NCBI GenBank assembly: GCA_963762145.1 | Contig: CAVXJS010000021.1 | Span: 960,001-1,024,000, forward strand | Reading direction: 5' to 3' | Source of the DNA: an uncultured Candidatus Rokubacteria bacterium | GTDB taxonomy: Bacteria > Methylomirabilota > Methylomirabilia > Rokubacteriales > CSP1-6 | DNA: 64,000 nt | Translations under genes and position numbers: made by a program | Shown: positions 61,287-64,000 of the stretch, piece after piece | Layout: the number at the start of each line of letters is the position of its first letter | How positions within the stretch are numbered: the stretch's first letter is position 1 | The notes under the pieces: generated by a model | What the model saw: the letters and a program-made list of their open reading frames with translations, nothing else | Told to the model about the DNA's origin: nothing | The model's database searches: none

Positions 61287-62522
61287 TCAGGATCCCGCGA
61301 CCTCCTTGTAGGACCCAGGCTGGATGATAAAGCCCTGCGGCATCTGCCCGCCCGGGTTGCTCGCGTACCCACAGTTGTAGATGATGCTCGAATTGCCGCC
61401 CGTGTTCGTGTCGATGGTCGTCGACGAGACATCCCGGATGTTCTGGCTCATCACCGCGCCCTCGATCAGGCCGGTGCCGGTGCCCGTGTAGACCAGGTCG
61501 TTCACCGAGTAGACCAGCCCCCGCCCGTGGAAGTCGCCGCTGATCGACAACGAGCCCGCGACGATGATCATGCCGCGGAAGATCCCGCTCGGGTCGGCCG
61601 GCGCGTTGCCGTGGATGGACACGCTGGCGAAGTCCGACGTGGCAGTGGTGTTGGTCCCGTTCACGTCGATATTCAGGCCGCTCAACGTGTCAACGAAGAT
61701 GATGCCGTTCGGCAGCTGATTGCCCGCGTTGAAGGCCACCGAGCCCGAATAGTAGGTTCCGGCGGCCTTCGCCATGGCTTTGAGGCTGTTCAGGTCCTGG
61801 TTCTTGAGGATGTACGGGACGAACGCGGAGGTGGGCACGTTCTGCTTCACGTCGGTGATACCGCTCGCCGCCGATTCATTCTCGGCATTGTTCCCATCGG
61901 CGCCGTAGACAAACCCGGAGCCCCCAACGGCCGTGGCCTCTACGCTCCACGTGCCGTCCTTGGCCCCGCAGCTCGGATCAGGACGGGAGTCGATGTTCGT
62001 GTTACCGGTGATGTTGATCTGGCCCTGTACCGTCAGGGCGGCCGGCGGGGGGGTCGCGCTGAAGATGAACCGGGAGACCGTGGCCTGGATCTTCTGGTGT
62101 GCCTTGGAGGCGCTGCCCGTGTTGGTCGGGGCCCAGCCGACCGCGACAACGTTCCGCTCGTTCGGGTTGATCCCGTTGGTGACGGTCACGAACACCACCC
62201 CGATCTGAGTACCGTTGACCGAGATCGGGATCGGGGCGCTGCCATCATAGGGAGCGGGCACGGTCCCCGGTAGCGGGTTGGGCAGCCCGTTCGCGTCGGT
62301 CGGGTTGTTCAAGGCCCAGATGGCCCGCTCAAGACCCGATTCGGTGACGGCCCGGGCCTGGGCCACCAGCTTCTGGTTGGTGGCGATCAAAGGCTCGGAC
62401 GTCGCCAGCAGAGCGAACGAGATGACGAGGGTCGAGAGGATCAGGAGCGCCAGCATGGCCATCGGCAGAGCAACGCCTCGCTGGTTTCGCAAGAGTTCGA
62501 CGTTCTGGTGAAAGCTCCTCAC
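61287..62522 (-). CDS. PilX-like minor pilin with large beta-rich C-terminus
   Basis: NQRG|VALPMAML (no E5), QARAVTESGLERA. Confidence 0.8.
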   Translation of the reverse strand: MRSFHQNVELLRNQRGVALPMAMLALLILSTLVISFALLATSEPLIATNQKLVAQARAVTESGLERAIWALNNPTDANGLPNPLPGTVPAPYDGSAPIPISVNGTQIGVVFVTVTNGINPNERNVVAVGWAPTNTGSASKAHQKIQATVSRFIFSATPPPAALTVQGQINITGNTNIDSRPDPSCGAKDGTWSVEATAVGGSGFVYGADGNNAENESAASGITDVKQNVPTSAFVPYILKNQDLNSLKAMAKAAGTYYSGSVAFNAGNQLPNGIIFVDTLSGLNIDVNGTNTTATSDFASVSIHGNAPADPSGIFRGMIIVAGSLSISGDFHGRGLVYSVNDLVYTGTGTGLIEGAVMSQNIRDVSSTTIDTNTGGNSSIIYNCGYASNPGGQMPQGFIIQPGSYKEVAGS

Positions 62523-62536
62523 GTGAGGCTCCTTCC

Positions 62537-63082
62537 CTACGGGATATTTCTCAGCCGAACCAGGGATTCCATGGTGGCGCGCTGATTCGCCGGCGAGCCG
62601 GCCCCGGCGTAGTCCTCTGTCCCGGTGACCAACTGGAGCCCGACGAGCCTGACGCTAGCCGGCGTCGTGGTCGTCGTGCCGGTATTGCTCGCCCCGTTCC
62701 AGGCCGAGTAGTAACTCAACACGAGGGTCTGCACTCCGCCGATGAGCGGCGTCGTCGTGCCCCCCGTGATGCGGTTGAGCGTCGCGCCCGAGAGCTGGTA
62801 CCGAATGGTCGTGCCGTTCAGGTCGACAAATGTCAGGTCGGTCGCACTCGTCACCGTGGTGACGGCCTGGGCGGACCGGAGCTCCCGGGTTATGAGCTCG
62901 AGGGCGGCGCGATTGTTCTGCTGCACTTCGACCCGGTGCGAGCCGACGAGATACGCCTGCTGGCCTTGCATCTGGATCAGCACCACCCCGGCCAGGATCA
63001 TGCCGAGTACCGTCGCCACCACGAGGAGCTCGGTCAGGGTGAATCCCCGTTGGTCCCGGAGGACGGCCCGAAGCCGACTCAT
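62537..63082 (-). CDS. PilW-like minor pilin
   Basis: DQRG|FTLTELLVV, QQNNRAALELITRELRSA, VRLRN. Confidence 0.85.
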   Translation of the reverse strand: MSRLRAVLRDQRGFTLTELLVVATVLGMILAGVVLIQMQGQQAYLVGSHRVEVQQNNRAALELITRELRSAQAVTTVTSATDLTFVDLNGTTIRYQLSGATLNRITGGTTTPLIGGVQTLVLSYYSAWNGASNTGTTTTTPASVRLVGLQLVTGTEDYAGAGSPANQRATMESLVRLRNIP

Positions 63083-63594
63083 CGCTGGGCGATCTCCATA
63101 TTCACCGCCACGGAGCGTTGGCCAGAGACAGCACCCGTCCCCGTAGCACTCAGTGGGCGGTAGGTCACCGTCACCGTGACCGTGCGGAGACCGTAAGTGC
63201 CGCTGATCGCCCCCGTGGCGCCACAGACCGTGGTGGAGGCCACCGATTCTGTTATCCGAACCTGACGGCTGTAGGCCGCGTAGGGCGCGGCGATCGCGGT
63301 CTCGTCGGCAAACGTGGTGGTGCCGCCTGAAGTCGGAGCCGCAGTAGAGGATGCGGAAACACCAAGTTCGTCCGAGGTCGGCGGGCAGGTCGCCATCCAC
63401 CGTGCGTTCCGGACCTGATCCAGGCGCTGGTTGGCGAGAAAGGTCGCCGTGGATGTCTGGCTCCCCTCCTGGGTGGCGTAGGTGGAAAGCGGAATGGCCG
63501 AAAGCAGCGCCAGCAGCCCGATGGTGATGATGGGCAGCGCAACCAGTACTTCGGCCAGCGTCATGCCGCGCTGGTTGGAGATCAATCGTCGCAT
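63079..63594 (-). CDS. PilV-like minor pilin
   Basis: NQRG|MTLAEVLVAL, ATFLANQRLDQVR. Confidence 0.82.
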   Translation of the reverse strand: MRRLISNQRGMTLAEVLVALPIITIGLLALLSAIPLSTYATQEGSQTSTATFLANQRLDQVRNARWMATCPPTSDELGVSASSTAAPTSGGTTTFADETAIAAPYAAYSRQVRITESVASTTVCGATGAISGTYGLRTVTVTVTYRPLSATGTGAVSGQRSVAVNMEIAQR

Positions 63595-63608
63595 CGGCCA
63601 AGCTCCTG

Positions 63609-64000
63609 TCATGGAATCGTGACGCGGCCAGCGGCCGACACGGAGGCGGTCAGGGTCGCACCGGTCTGGGTGTAGGTCAGCGTGTACGTGGCGGCCGGCA
63701 GGGCGGACCCGACATAGTTGAAGATCGGGTTGGCACTGGCGGTGACCGTGATACCCGGCGGTAGATTGATATTGCCGGTCGCGTCGGTGCCGGCGCCCAC
63801 CCAGGTGGTGCCCGCACACGTGCCGAGCCGGTAGCTCATCTGCGTGGCGCTCGGCAGTGTCACGCACACGTTACCGTTTTCCTTGATGGCGAGCTCACGG
63901 GCCTGGTTCACCAGCGTCACGACCTGCTGCGCACTCGACTTCAATCCGGCCGCTCGGAGGTAAGTGAGGAAGGACGGGACCGCCACCACGGCGAGGATGC
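63609..64000 (-). CDS. FimT/GspH-like minor pilin (5' end outside the window)
   Basis: AVPSF..AQQVVTLVNQARELAI..SVSAAGRVTIP. Confidence 0.8.
   Translation of the reverse strand, partial: ILAVVAVPSFLTYLRAAGLKSSAQQVVTLVNQARELAIKENGNVCVTLPSATQMSYRLGTCAGTTWVGAGTDATGNINLPPGITVTASANPIFNYVGSALPAATYTLTYTQTGATLTASVSAAGRVTIP

Overview
This is a very GC-rich (about 70%) bacterial chromosome segment with about 80 genes. Gene content and intergenic palindromes suggest a soil bacterium, probably Ca. Rokubacteria/Methylomirabilota, which is an inference. Single-base indels are dense in several blocks, consistent with an unpolished long-read assembly, so many real genes are split in the supplied ORF track and were reconstructed by eye. 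Main content: a paoABC-like aldehyde oxidoreductase operon; a decaying accessory patch with cyclase and patatin remnants; many catabolic enzymes (LLM monooxygenases, SDRs, amidohydrolase, cupins, alpha/beta hydrolases); dpp-type and liv-type ABC systems; a YcaQ glycosylase; uup ABC-F; malic enzyme; PPK2; a HEAT-repeat/HD-GYP pair; a xylose dehydrogenase-like SDR with a mutarotase; ald; tauD; and a type IV minor pilin cluster. The best hidden signals are: (1) an AhpD/CMD gene with an in-frame UGA at the second Cys of CxxC followed by a correctly spaced SECIS-like hairpin, a probable selenoprotein; (2) an unannotated 19-aa Lys/Glu-rich micro-ORF with a perfect SD, tightly coupled upstream of the ABC-F gene; (3) a structured leader that can sequester the SD and start codon of a small Cys-rich protein; (4) three distinct palindromic REP/MITE-like elements, one in-frame inside uup. 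No rRNA, tRNA, CRISPR array or intact transposase was seen.
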